A DNA stretch of 64,000 bases. Source: Callorhinchus milii (Eukaryota). A program made the translations under genes and the position numbers. Numbering within the stretch: the stretch's first letter is position 1; each line of letters opens with the position of its first letter. The stretch lies in the NCBI RefSeq assembly GCF_018977255.1, contig NW_024704743.1, forward strand, positions 95,420,001 through 95,484,000. Direction: 5' to 3'. The notes under the pieces were generated by a model. It saw only the letters and a program-made list of their open reading frames with translations, was not told where the DNA came from and did no database searches. Shown here piece after piece: positions 39,610 to 52,946 of the stretch.

Positions 39610-39845
39610 CCCCAGATACAGCCACAGTAATGTGTGGGGGGTGGGGGGCAATGTCAGGTACAGCCACTGCAGTCAGGCCGGGACCCCGCGTCACCACTCA
39701 GGCTCCGAGGGACATGGGTTTTTTTTTGGCTCCTATGGGTGACCAGAGGGATGGATGACTGTCAGCTCGTGCAGCTCTGGGCCACGTATTGGGGCCGCAC
39801 GTTTTCCTCGGATGATCTCACCGGAGAACCATCTGGAGACCGCAT

Positions 39846-40223
39846 GAAGAGGGACGAAGGGAGAGAGAGGAGAGGAGGGGGTGGGGGGGAGAGAGGAGAG
39901 GGGGGGAGGGAGGGAGGAGAGGAGGGGGTGGGAGAGGAGAGGGAGGGAGAGAGGAGAGGACGGGGTGGGAGAGGTGAGGGGGTGGGAGAGGAGAGGGGGG
40001 AGGGAGGGAGAGAGGAGAGGAGGGAGGAGGGGGTGGGGGGAGGGAGGGAGGGAGAGAGGAGAGGAGGGAGGAGGGGGTGGGGGGAGGGAGGGAGAGAGGA
40101 GAGGAGGGGGTGGGGGGAGGGAGGGAGAGAGGAGAGGACGGGGTGGGAGAGAGGGGAGGGAGGGAGAGGAGAGGAGGGGGTGGGAGAGAGGAGGGGGTGG
40201 GAGAGAGGAGGGGGGGGGGGGGT

Positions 40224-40256
<33 letters not shown>

Positions 40257-40262
40257 GAGGGG
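39846..40262 (+). repeat. G/A-rich polypurine low-complexity tract ending in poly-G
   Basis: Repeats of ggagagga/gggggtggg and a long G run near 40210-40255. Confidence 0.95.
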
Positions 40263-40510
40263 CTTCGGCCTCGGTGATTGGAATAGGACTTGAGTCCAAA
40301 CTTCAAATGTCAAAAAGCAACAATTCCAAGCTCCCGAAAGGTCCCCGAAATGAAGGCAGAACTACACACGAGATTGCTCAGTGCGCAGCGCTTGGTGCTG
40401 TATATATAGATTTCCACAAAGACTGCACTGGAATTTGACTCAGGATTTGTACTGTGACCCCGAGTTATCAGACGTATCACTGGGCATGGATTCAGAGAAC
40501 CACGCAGGCC

Positions 40511-40828
40511 TTATAATAATAACAATAATAACTCTTGCATTTGATATAGCACTTTTCACGTCTTCGAAACGTCTCAAAGCGCTTCACAGAATATACTGTA
40601 AAGTGACTTGACTATATTTGTGGGCGAAATTCGGCAGCCAATTACTTACAGCAGTATCCCACAAACAAGTCATGGATTGAATGACTAAATTAATATTGTT
40701 TTTTTTTCTTGAGGGATTCTTATCAGGCGTATGGATTAAGGAAACTTACCCAAGTTTCACCCTGCCAGGAATCAAACCCAGGTCTCTCGCTTGCGAGGCA
40801 AGTGGTCTAACTGCTGAGCTACAGGACT
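40511..40828 (-). mobile_element. Young tRNA-derived SINE (short variant)
   Basis: Reverse-complement homology to 38463-38791. Confidence 0.85.
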
Positions 40829-41323
40829 TTTTGTTAGAGGTTAAGGATGTTTCCATCATCTTCCAAGATTAATATGGTGGGGGAGAGAAGAACGATTGAA
40901 ATGCAACAGAAGGATTTCTGACTTCTCTAAAACAAACTCCTCTAAGGGATCCTCTGAGGAAAGGATATGTATGTTGGGGTATGATCCTACACAGATGAGG
41001 ATCTCCTTACACAGTAAAGTTTGCAAATGATGTTTAATCTGCAGTATTTTCCTAGCAGATGCCTTCCGTTAGAATTCTCATCTACCTGTGGGAATTCCCT
41101 TCCAGACGTAGTTGGCGCCAGAGCAAAGTTCCCATGGGTCAACATAATGTATTTCCTGTCTGCGTGACTGAGATTCCTTATGAAAGAATGCAATTAAATA
41201 ACTTCACAAATTAGACCTCAAAATATCAAAATGATCAAATTCTGACAAAACCACGTCATCACTTCCTCTCCCCCCCGCCTCCCCACATACACAATGGAAT
41301 AAAATGTTCTGTTAATTGTGATA

Positions 41324-41471
41324 CAGTAAACTCATCACTCCAAAGGAATGGGTCTCAATGGCGAGTTGTCCAGAGTAGCGAGTTAGTACGTCAATAAATG
41401 TGGCCGGGACATTGACAGCATGATTTGAGTGGCGGTGGCAAGTTAACGGACAAGTTATCAGGAGTATACTG
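41324..41471. mobile_element. Tigger/pogo-like MITE with both termini
   Basis: TA|cagtaaactc...agttatcaggagtatactg. The right end is the near reverse complement of cagtaaactcctgataact seen at 59901. Confidence 0.65.
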
Positions 41472-41554
41472 CAATTACAGAAACAAGTATGTTACTTTGT
41501 GCGATTGCTCTGCAAACTTTGTTTGTCCGTCCTGTCCACAAATTGCATGTTTCA

Positions 41555-42111
41555 TCCACATCACTCCTACCCTCGCTCGCCTCCACTGGCTCCCCATCCC
41601 CCAGAGGATTGATTTCAAGATCCTCATCCTCACCTACAAGGCCATTCACGGCCTTGCTCCCTCCTACCTCTCCAACCTACTATCCCCTACCTACCTGCCC
41701 GTACCCTCCGTTCCTCTGGCTCCGGTCTGCTCCACGTCCCCCGCCCCAACCGCCCTACTATCGGTGGTCGGGCCTTCAGCCTCTCAGCCCCGAGGCTCTG
41801 GAACTCCATCCCCCAGTGCCTTCGCCTTGCTTCCTCCCTTTCCTCCTTCAAGGCCGGTCTCAAAACCTTTCTCTTTGACCGTGCCTTCAGCTCCCCTCTC
41901 GACTCTCTTCCTCCTCCTCGCTCCCTCCCTTCCCTCCCCTCACCCTGACCATTTCCCCCCTCCTCTCTCCCTCCCTTCCCTCCCCTCACCCTGACCATTT
42001 CCCCCCTGCTCGGGTCATGACCCAACTGTGCAGCGCCTTGGGACGTCCTCCTGACGTGAAAGGCGCTCTATAAATGGAATCTTGTTGTTGTTGTTGTTGT
42101 TGTTGTTGTTG
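41555..42111 (+). mobile_element. Young L2 LINE 3' part
   Basis: HITPTLARLHWLPIPQRIDFKILILTYKAIHGLAPSYL; tandem duplication in the 3' UTR; long perfect (TTG)n tail. Confidence 0.93.
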
Positions 42112-42272
42112 AAGGGGCAGCAGCCAGACAGCTGGTGGGAAAAGAGTATTCCAAGAGCAATGAATGCAGTGTCATAAAATAACAGTGTCAGCTATGCCAT
42201 AGACACTTAAGAGCTAACATGGAGCTCATGGTTGAATGATTGCAAGGCACTAGTAGCATCAGCATCCACAGA

Positions 42273-42420
42273 TGCAACAACAACAACTTGGATTTATAGA
42301 GCGCCCTCCACGCCGGACGGCGTCTCAGCTCTTTACAGTAAAGGATCCCGGGACGAGCCAGGGGGAGGGGGAGGATGGTGACGAAAGGTGCGGTCGAAAA
42401 GAAAGGTCTTCAGCAGAGAA
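42273..42420 (-). mobile_element. L2 3' tail
   Basis: caacaacaacaacttggatttatagagcgccctcc...gtgcggtcgaaaagaaaggtctt. Confidence 0.8.
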
Positions 42421-42429
42421 GACTTACCA

Positions 42430-43166
42430 AGGTGGACTTACCACTCCACCTTACCAAGCCAATCAGGAACCTGGGGGTCTTGTTTGACCCTCAACTGTCC
42501 TTTCTCCACCATATCCGTGCCGCTCTGCCTTCCCCCACCTCCGCAACCCGACTTGCCACTGCCTCACCCTCAGGCCGTCAAAACCCTCATACAAGTGTTC
42601 ATCACCTCGAGGCTTGACTACGGAAACTCCCTCCTTGTCCTCTTCCCCAAATCTTCCCTCCACAAGTTGCAGATCACCCAGAACTCTGCAGCTTGTGACC
42701 TGTCTCGCACCAGACTCCATGTCCCCATCACTCCCACCCTCGCCCGGCTCCACTGGCTCCCCATCCCTCAGAGAATAGAATTCAAAATCCTCATCATCAC
42801 TTTCAAGGTCTTCCATGGCCTTGCCCCCTCTTACATCTCTGACCTGCTGACCCCCTATCAACCTGTCCGCTCTCTCCGTTCAGCAGGCTCCAGCCTGCTC
42901 CATATCTCCCGCCCGACCCACCCTACCATTAGCGGCCAGGCTTTCAGCCTCTCTGCCCCCATCCTTTGGAACTCCATTCCACAATCCCTTCGCCTCGCTC
43001 CCTCCCTTCCCTCCTTCAAGGTACAACTCCTTTTCGACCATGTCTTCAGCCGCCCTCCCTCATCCCAACCCTGTCCCCCACGCTCGGGTCTTGATCCCTG
43101 ACTGTTAAGCGCCTTGGGACGGCCATGAATGGTGCTTTACAAATGTAATTTTGTTGTTGTTGTTGT
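42430..43166 (+). mobile_element. L2 LINE 3' part
   Basis: IRNLGVLFDPQLSF, FITSRLDYGNSLL, LHWLPIPQRIEFKIL; (TTG)n tail. Confidence 0.92.
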
Positions 43167-43329
43167 CTTCATAAATAGGCAGCCAATACCCTTCCACAAT
43201 CTCACCATTCTGTACTGTGTGCAGTTATATAACACAATACAAATTTACATTTATACTCTACCATTCACATCAGGAAGAGATTTCACAATCTTGGCTTGAG
43301 TTGTAATTTTCAGTGATTGTCATTCTGTA

Positions 43330-44225
43330 GCAGTCTTTTGCATGAGACATTAAACTAAATTCCCATCTACGTGTTTAGGTTAAAGATCCCATGGCACTAT
43401 TCGAAAAGAGAAGGGAGTTTCTCCATGTGCGCTGGCCAACAATCCATCAAATAAAATTGGTCACTCATTTCATGGCTGTTTGTGGGACACTTCTATGCAC
43501 AATTGTGCCGCTCCACAGTCACTCCACTTCACAGTATATCCTGTGAAGTGCTTTGAGATGTTCTTCCGAAGTGATAAGAAGCTATACCAAATGCAAGTAT
43601 TATATTATTGATTGGAGATCTCCTCATGACTGAACAAAATCGCTGTGACAATTTGATGTCAGATACTGGGCAAATATGCCAGTCTGTTGAGTTTTTCAGA
43701 GTAATGGCTCTGCCTGTCAGGAAGTGAAAACATAAGCATTCCCTCTGGAAGCACAATAATAGACACAACATGTTTACATCCCCTAAATCATAGTCACAAA
43801 ACAGTGGGCAGTCCGCCTGGAGAGCTACTGCCAAGGAATTTAAGTCATGTCGATGGAACTGCACTTCAAATGATACACTTTAACAGTAGAAGCCAGAACT
43901 TTCACAGCTGTTTCAGGCCATTCATTCAATACTCAATTTTAATCCTTGCATTTGACACAGTATTTCTAAGATCCAAAGTCTCAATGCACTTCACAGTAAA
44001 TCACTGACAGATGTAAGGAATGTGTATTTTAGGCAGGTGCAGCTGCAAATTAATCCCCATCCAAAAACAGCCATGAAGTGGGTGACCAATTTTATCTGGA
44101 GATTTGTTGGCCAGAACACTAGGAGAAACTCTTCTCTTTTTGAATAGTGTCACAAGAACTTTACCGTCCCCCTGAACAGCAGTCGCAACCTCGTTTTAAC
44201 ATCTCATGCAAAAGATGGCATGTTA
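43330..44225. mobile_element. Two older Deu-SINEs (+ 43330-43610; - 43940-44225)
   Basis: aaagatcccatggcactattcgaaaagag core, and its reverse complement in the second copy. Confidence 0.72.
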
Positions 44226-45664
44226 TCCTATGTGAAGGGCATTACATAAATGCAGGTTGTTGTTGTCCTCCTGAAATCACCAGAGTTGTCCATTAGGGCT
44301 TTGGAGTTGAAGAGATGTTCAATCGTCAAGTCTTGTTAATAAGCCAAACAGGCTGGTGGTGCCTTGGATTACTGGGCAGTGGGAGCTGAATGGGGAGGGC
44401 GTTGGAAAACCAAGAACACAGTCAAAAGGGTATTATATAGTCCAGTTTGAAAACTAATTGGCCAGGAACGAGATTATGATGACAGGATACTAGAAATCAG
44501 CCTACATTTATCTCTGGGTACAATCTGACTGAATTTTAAGCATCCATTTATGATCTTGTCCAAAAACAGCAGGCGGTGTCTGGATTCTATCCCGCATTGC
44601 AACCAGAAGCAACAGTCTGAGATATGCTAACCACTTGTGGTTGAATATAAACAGCCCAATCTTCTCTGATTGACAAGGCGATTCAACCCACACATTATTA
44701 CACCAGCGACACCCCAGTGAGTCAGAAATTCTGTTATCTTTCAATCTCTATCGTCTTGTCAGCTGCCCTCATCTTTTTTTCCTTCTTTCCTTCAAACATG
44801 TATTTGAAATAGCTGCTTCCTGAAAACAAATCTGTTTCTTCACATTCATAAAATCCCATAGAATCTGTGGTTGTGGGCAGCTCAATAAAGTGTGTGTGTA
44901 GGAGGAGCTTTGATAGACTTACAGGATTGACATAGCGTTGACCAGCAACATGGAGGAGGAGATAATAATATTCCTTGCATTTGTTATAACAAACCGAAAG
45001 TCTGAAAGTCAGAGGGTTTTACTGTGAAATGTAGAGACTGCTTTTATAGGTGAGGTCAGCAGGCAATTTGGGCACAGCAATGTCCAAGACACCAGGGGAA
45101 TCTCCCTTCTTTTTTCAGATAGTGCCAAGAGATCCTTAACATCCATCTGAACAGGCAGATGGGACCACGGTTTAATGTCAAAGGACGGCAAATCTAAGAA
45201 TATAGCACACCCCAGCTCTGTATGATTTAATTTGTGTAACAAAGCAATGCAGCCCAAACCCTCATCCACCTTTAACACCACCTTAATTTCTCCAATGGCT
45301 GCCTCACTAGCTCAATCCTTCACAAGTTATAGATCATCTAGAATTCCACAGCCCATATTCTTCGACCGTGCCTTTGACCACCCTCCTATCCTCTCTGCCC
45401 TTCACCCTCCCTGATTCCAATCCTAACAGTGACTGCACCTTTGGTCACCTTCCTCCTATCTGTCCACTCGCCCCCCCCCCACCCGCTTACATTTCCCACC
45501 CTGCTTTGGTTCCCTCTGTCTCTCTGTAAAGCGCTTTGAGATGTTATCCTACAAGAAAGGCACTATATAAGTGCAAGTTGTTGCTGCAGTGAGATAAAAT
45601 TGGTGATGACAGAAAGGTTGGAATGGTGATTCCTCTGTGGAAGCAACCTAAAAATGACATGTTT

Positions 45665-45732
45665 TATGGATGGATGGATGGATGGATGGGTGGGTGGGTG
45701 GGTGGGTGGGTGGGTGGATGGATGGATGGATG
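45665..45732. repeat. (ATGG)n(GTGG)n(ATGG)n compound tetranucleotide microsatellite
   Basis: Read directly from the sequence. Confidence 0.95.
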
Positions 45733-46649
45733 CTCAAAATCACACAAAGTATCCCAAGGCAGGGAATGACATAGAATGCACAAATCATATACTTGATTGG
45801 CTGTGACCCAGAAATATATGGACCACATTGCCTTCACAAGAAGATGGAAAGGGTACTTTGCTCTGCATTGCTTAAAATGGTTTGGTAAAATAATACAGCT
45901 ATAGCAGTTTGAGTAGTCCCATTCATTTTCCCACAAGATTCCTTCAATGGATCGCTCTCCAAGTGTAATAACCCTGCTTCCTCTGTTGTCAAAATTTAAT
46001 TAATTTTTTATACCGATTCTAATGCACAACAACAACAATTTACATTTATATAGTGCTCCTCATGCAACATCTCAACCTACATACGCACACACATACAAAC
46101 ACATCTCAAGCAGGGATCCCTGAACAGCAATCAGGTTGTCAAACATGGTTGTATTTCACCTCTGTATCCCAGGGTGCTGAGTTCCGTGTATCATTCCCAT
46201 CTTTCTCCCCTGCTTTTGTACCGTGCTTTGAGGTCAGCCAACTCAGCACAGAAAATGACTTGACCCAAGATCTATCTGTTTCAGTTGTTCACCAGATAAA
46301 TTTGCTGAGGCTTTGGGAGAAATTCAGAATTGTTGAATGTTTCAGAAATATACTTGGCCAATAATGAGAAGAGTAGACTCTCCAGAGATCCTCTTGAAAG
46401 CACATGGGTCATTCTTGAGAAAAAGATTTATACATTATTCATTAAAACATAAAAAGGAAAAAAAAGTACACAGTGAACCAGAATTAGAATAAGAAGACTA
46501 AAACAAATATAATTGACACTGATCTATCCCAGGGATGTAGCGTTGCTAAATATAAAGTTAATATTTACTGCTGGGAGAATTTAAAACATTTTCTCTTCCG
46601 CACAAACTTTCCTTACTACAAAGCAAGGGGGCGCAGTGGGTAAATAATG

Positions 46650-47460
46650 AAAATAACAATAATCCTTACATTTGATATTTCACATTCAGTGGGCATCTCA
46701 AAGCTCTTAATAGGATTTATTGTAAAATGTAATGACTGCATTTTGTAGGTGAAACAGGCAGCCAATTTTCATACAGCAATATCCAATGAATAGCCATGAA
46801 GTGAATTACCAATTTTATCTGGGGGGGTTGTTGGCCAGGATACTGGGTGAAACTTCCTTCTCTTTTTGAATAGCACCATGGTATTTTTAATATCCATCTG
46901 AATGGACAAATGGGACCTCAGTTTAATGCGTAATTCAAAGGATGGCACTTCCAAAAACACAGAACACCCTCAGCACTATATTGTCAGCCTAATATATAAT
47001 AATAATATTCCTTGCATTCGATATAGTGCCTCATCACATCTTCTAAACGTCTAAAAGCGCTTCACAGAATATACTTGATAAAGTGAATTGGGTGCACATT
47101 GTGTGGACGAAACACAGCAGCTAATTGCGCAAAGCAGTGTCCCACAAACAGTCGTGGATTGAATGGCCAAATTATTAATTTTTTTTTGAAGGGACTATTA
47201 TCCCCAGAAAAGTGATCCGCCAATCAACTAACAACCGGGTTCCTACTTACTGGTAGGTAAACAGGCGTGTGGAGTAAGACATTTGCCCAACATTTTGCCC
47301 TGTACGGGAATTGAACCCATGTCCTCTCGCTTGCGAGACAAGTGCTCTAACCACTAAGATACAGGACTCCATATGAGTTAAAAATCTGAATGTGGGGCTT
47401 GAACCTACAACCTTCTGACTCAAGAGGCAAGAATGCTATCAAATGAGGCAGACTCGGCAT
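46650..47460 (-). mobile_element. Older Deu-SINE split by a young SINE (46996-47370)
   Basis: gtcagccta...|...atatgagtt is contiguous in the intact copy near 20827-20847; the young long-variant SINE lies between the two halves. Confidence 0.8.
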
Positions 47461-50400
47461 CATCTTAGACTTAGCTAAAATAGCATTTTTTACTTCGATT
47501 TTTATAATGGGAAACCCTAGTGAAACCTACTCTCAGTTTGCTTAGCCACAAGACCCTAATGAAATGACTACATGTTCAAAAGAGTTGTTTGGCCTATGTA
47601 CTAGGATACTGAGGATAGACTGATCCACCGAGGGACTTATCCCAGATCAAAGAACCTTAGAGCTGCTGTGTCAGTATCCTGTCCTCAACCTGAGGTCATC
47701 AGCAATCATGTCAGATATTTCAGTCTCAGTTTTCCTGTTGAACGTAACATGTTTATCCATTGTTCCTCTGTAGATTGTCTTTGTCCAGTTCACACCTTCC
47801 CCAAAAAGCTCTGATGTGTGCAGAGAATGTGAAAGTACCATCACACATGTTGTGGCTGACGTGAGGATGCTAACAGTGTACTTCAAATTTAATAATAATA
47901 ATAATAATAATAGGCAACAACCTTTCTGACAAGATGCCCATATGATTGCTGTGCAACCTGGATTCCAATGGGGAAATGCTGCACTGGGGGAAATTTTCTG
48001 TCCACTGGAGTTGGATGGGGTTGGTTTAGTAATCGGCTTCAATATTTACAAGAACTACTGCTCAGATAGACCTCTCTAAAGATATGTCCATCTGCTTAGA
48101 ACCTATAGTGAATAGAGTGATATATATTTCACATTCGCTCCAAACCAGCCAATTATTTTTGGCAGATCTTTTCATCCAAACTCTCAAGCGTGCACAGACT
48201 GGGCACACGTTACACAATCACTACACTTTACAATAAATCCTGTGAAGTACTTTGAGATATCTTTTGACGTGAAAAGTATTATATCAAATATAAGGATTAT
48301 TATCAAATCCGCTCCCTTGATTGATGAATGATCTGGATTTGTGTATTAGAATGTTCCTCATACTTAAAACACAAACCACCTAGTTCATATAGACATTAAT
48401 ACCATTACTAAAAGGAAAAAATAAGACTTGTGTTGGGAGCCCAGAATAAGCCACATAAATGTAACATCCAGTCACACAGCATAAAAGCTTAATTTTGCTT
48501 TGCAGCAAAGCCCTGAAGTTGTAACATTCCTTATTACATGCCTCTGTGGTTCTATTGGCAGCAGGGGCTAAGACTCGGCGATCCATACTGTGAGGTGAGT
48601 TTTCATTTACAGGAGATTTCAATTAAGCAAGAGATTTTATTGTCAGGATGGGATCAGCACAGATTTCCATCACTTGTCTCCTGCCACTCTCTGGCTAAGT
48701 GCCTGAAATAGCTCATTTTCCAAGCACTTTCGTTGAGGACTAAATCTTTGTGATTGCGGAGAAAGGTTTAGCACGATATACATGACATTGCTACTGAAAT
48801 AAGTATGATGGGTCTGACAAGAGGTTTACAAAAGATACACTTTCTATTAGCCTGACGACAAGCAATTGCAAACTAAAGGATGGTTTAATTGTACACTGTA
48901 CAGAGAATAAAGAATATCTAGGAATAATGACAAACAATAACCATCCAATGGGGTTCACCTAAGAAGTTGTAAGAATCAAGCTCAAGCATTTTATAATTAC
49001 GTTGGGTTGAGTTACTATAATGGTACACCTCAAAACAACCGCGCTTTTGGTCACTTTTCCCCTTTTCACTCCTTTTGGCTCTCACCCTCCTCTCTGGCTC
49101 CCAGCTGAATTGTCAAGCGCTTTGGGACTTCCTCATGTAAGTGTAATTTGTATTAGTTAATTTGTATAACTTTTTTTTTTAATTCTTCTTTAAATGTCGC
49201 ATTTAGTCCCAGCATCAAGCAGAGTGCAAATTGAAATTTTACTGACTTGCTGCTTCCCAGAGGTAGAGGGGTGGGAACATTTAGGTATTATTTACCTTAG
49301 TATTGGTGTAATTATTATTGGTGTCATTTCTCACCCTTGTTCCCATGAGAAGCCAGCAAGTCAGTAAAATCCCAGTTTGCGCTCTGCTCGACATTGGGAC
49401 TAAATTATACGATTCTATGTCCTTCGAGATACATGGCATGAGTCACCTGCACGACTGGACAATGGGTACTGACTGTTCCATACAATCTCTCCCCAAGACA
49501 TCCTGTTTTCTGCGCATGCACATGGTGGAAATTGACATCAGGGTCAACCTAATGACCCATGAGGTGGACATGTTTTTATCACTGGCAGTTGAAATGGCTG
49601 ACTTACAGGTCATTAGGTGATTGCAGACATCACTTCTTGCTTTGCTGCATGTGACATTGACTGAATGAGCCGTAAAGCAGTAATTTTAATGCGAAAAGCA
49701 GGCCAATGCATGGGAATAGAGCAGGCCCGCTGGGCACTTTCCAATGAATAGGATCCACAGTATAGGTGAATTCATGCTATATTGAAGTGCATTATAAAGG
49801 GCTGCTATTTTAAATGGTGAATGCCTTTGTAAACAGCATTTGAAAGAGAAAGCAAAGCTGCTCATCTGTGTGCAAACATGGTGCATGCAAATTATACCAA
49901 AGGAATCATCACATTACTGACGTTTTCTTTATAAGAACTGTGGGAAACTGGCTTCAGAATTAATACTGAACTTTAAAATTTTCCACAATTCTAACCAATC
50001 TTAAAATTTAAGATAAAAAGGTCTTATTCGTTAAGACCAGACAGAATTTCAAGAACATTGATGGAACTGTTTAGGAACCAGCTTGATGGGAGATTTACAA
50101 AGCTTGAAGGCATTTTACAATGATGAGAGCAAATGATCTGAAAATCCTTCTTCGTCTGCATCTCTCTGTGACATGGTGAAAGGAATCACATGGAAGGCAG
50201 CAGAGATAAGTGATATGAGAGAAGAGGAAATAACCAGGGTTTAAAGTACAATATTTTCTGAAACTATTCTGTTATAATAGTAATACTTGCATTTGATATA
50301 GCACTTTATCACGTCCTTGAGACATTTCAAAGAGCTTCACAGAATATACTGAAAAGTGAATTGACTGTATTTTGTGTTGCAATCTTCGACAAAATACACA

Positions 50401-51959
50401 GTCACTCCACTTTATAGTACAGCAAGTGAAGTGGTTTGACATGTCCTCCTGACATGAAAAGTGCAAAATTGAATCTAAGAATAACTACTGGAATATAACT
50501 TGTTTTACTTGCTCTGTGTAATGTTCTATTATTAATATTATAATCTTCAGAAAGGTAGCTAGGTATTTTACCCTAAAAGATTGCTTGGCAACAATGCTCT
50601 CAGCTGATTCCTTTAACCCTAATAAATATTCAGATAAAAATACCTTTAACATAACCACAAAATGATCAAAAATATTCCACAAAGACTAAAGTGGAAGCAC
50701 ATGTATTAGGTTACAGATTCGAAAAGATTGTGTATCAAACAAAATATTATCTGTTTAAAGAAGAAAAGCAAGGAGCAGAGCGGAGAGAATACTGCAATCT
50801 GATGTGTGGGATAGCATTCCTTTCGACTGGAAATAGATTGGTTTGGAGCAGCCATCGATGCAAGATATTTCAGGATACCGGAAGTCGAATTCCTTGTTAA
50901 GGAATTCTATTAGAAATCCCATATTTTCGTCCCCATTATTTTCACTCGTGAAAGTAAAACTATTCTTTTGGTGGTATCATGTTGCACAGCATTCAATGCA
51001 TTTCAAGCCATGGCCGCAATATTTTATCTCTGCGCCTTCATTCTTATAATGGGAAAGCAGAAAACAGGCTCACCAGGTCAACAGGGATTCACCACACGTC
51101 TTCCACAATAAAGAAAGGGTCCTTCTGAAGCTGCAAACACCGATAACCTGTACAGACAAAATGCCTTGCTATTCAAATTATTGTGTTATTGCAGCATGCA
51201 CTGAAACACAGCACACAAAGTACAAGCAGAGTTTCAATGTTATCATTTGTAAGGTGGAGAAAAATCCAGAGAAGTGTGGAGTCAGAACAAGCTGAGCTCC
51301 TGAGATAAGTACCACAATGCCCTAAATAGCGAGAGATTTGATGGACATGGCCCCTTGATGGGATAGCCGTAGAGGGCCAGGCTTAGGCTACATTCAGAGC
51401 ACAGGCCCAGAATGAGTTATATGTTCCCTTGAAAACTTCTTCAAAAACCAAGGGATATAAAAAGTGCATTGAATATTTTTAGTTCAAATGAGGAGGACTT
51501 CAAATGCAGCTTTGAAAATTAAAAGAGCAATATTGTAATGTTGTTATATAAAGGAATCAGCAGGTTTCCACTGTGGCGTGAAAGGCACTATATCAATGTA
51601 ATTTTATTGTTGTTGCTATCATAAACTTACACATAAAAATGTATACACAAAATACACATACACAAAGTTACACAGAACACAGTAATATACATAGACACAA
51701 AAAAGCTCACACACAAACATATATACATACATACAAACTTACAACAAACACACACACACATAGAACTGTGATTTCTCTCTAAACTAAGGCTAGCTTGTCT
51801 TATCGTTGCTCATACCTCATTCCTCTAACATTAGGGATCATACATGTTACACTTCTCTGCACTCCCTCTAGGGCCTGAGTAGCTAACTCCTTATGCCACG
51901 TTGACAGAACTGCATACAATATTCCAGAGGTCTATATAGCTTGAGTATTACATTTGGGG

Positions 51960-52946
51960 ATCCAGACTCAATTGATTTACCACAGCCGTCCAGTTTTGTT
52001 AAAATTTGAAATGAGGCATTTGAGTGGCTTCACTCACCACCTCTCAGTGATGTCATCCACAGACACGGGGTCAACTTCCACATGTATGCATATGACACAC
52101 AAATCTACTTTTCCTCCTCCAGATGTGACTCCAGATCCGCTGATGTTCTGTCCTCCTGCTTGTCTGACATCAAGGCCTGGACGAGTGCAAACTTCCTGCA
52201 TTGAATGTTGACAAGACAGAAGCCATACTCCTTGGCTCTCATTAAATTCTCTCCTACGGCTGTGATATCCTCAATTTCCCCAGCCTATCCCTGAGACTTA
52301 CTGAACCTACGTGTAATCTAGGCATCACCTTCCTAATCAGGATCACTTTCCACCTCCGTTACTACATTGCTCGCCTTTGACTACCTCAAACCCAATACAG
52401 CCGAATTCCTAATCCACCATTTTGTCATCTCTCATCTCGATTATTCCAATGCCTTTCTTTCCGGTCTTCCCAGCTCAACTATCTACAAAATCTAATTAAT
52501 TCAAAAATCCGCCACCCCTCTCTAAACTTTGTAGCCCTTTCACAATGCTAGGCTCCACTGACAACCTATAAAGGAACAGGTTGACTTCAAGATCCTCATG
52601 CTCGCCTATAAATCCCTTCACACCTTGGCACCTTTTCGTCCTGCTTTCTCCCCACTCTGCCTCTGCCCGACTAGCTCCGGCCTCCTGCTTGTACCTCATC
52701 CCCTTCGCTCCACCAATGAAGGCTGTGCTTTCAGCCACTGCGCCCCCAAACATTGACGCTCTCCTTCAATCTCTCCGCCTTGCTCTCTCTTTTCCCATTT
52801 TGAGATCATGCCTGAAAACCTTGCTCTTTGACTATGCCTAAGGTCACCTCCCTCCTCCCCCCAGCACGGAGTCAAGTTCCACCACAGTTAAGCCCCCAAA
52901 TCGCTAACCTCCATGAAGGGTGCAGTATAAATGCAAGTTGTTGTTG
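51960..52946 (+). mobile_element. Decayed L2 LINE, RT domain to tail
   Basis: ttccacatgtatgcatatgacacacaaatctac (HMYA.DTQIY); gacttcaagatcctc; aaatgcaagttgttgttg tail. Confidence 0.85.

Larger units (their letters stand above)
38796..39845. promoter_or_regulatory. CpG-island-like region, candidate NCALD promoter
   Basis: Local GC and CpG enrichment outside recognisable TEs; perfect CRE TGACGTCA at 39319-39326; E-box CACGTG at 39337-39342. Confidence 0.7.

Noticed and set aside
39070..40438. Long Pro/Ser- or Gly/Glu/Arg-rich ORFs of up to 219 aa
   Set aside because: They are open in nearly all frames because the DNA is GC-rich and low-complexity; no domain or splice support.
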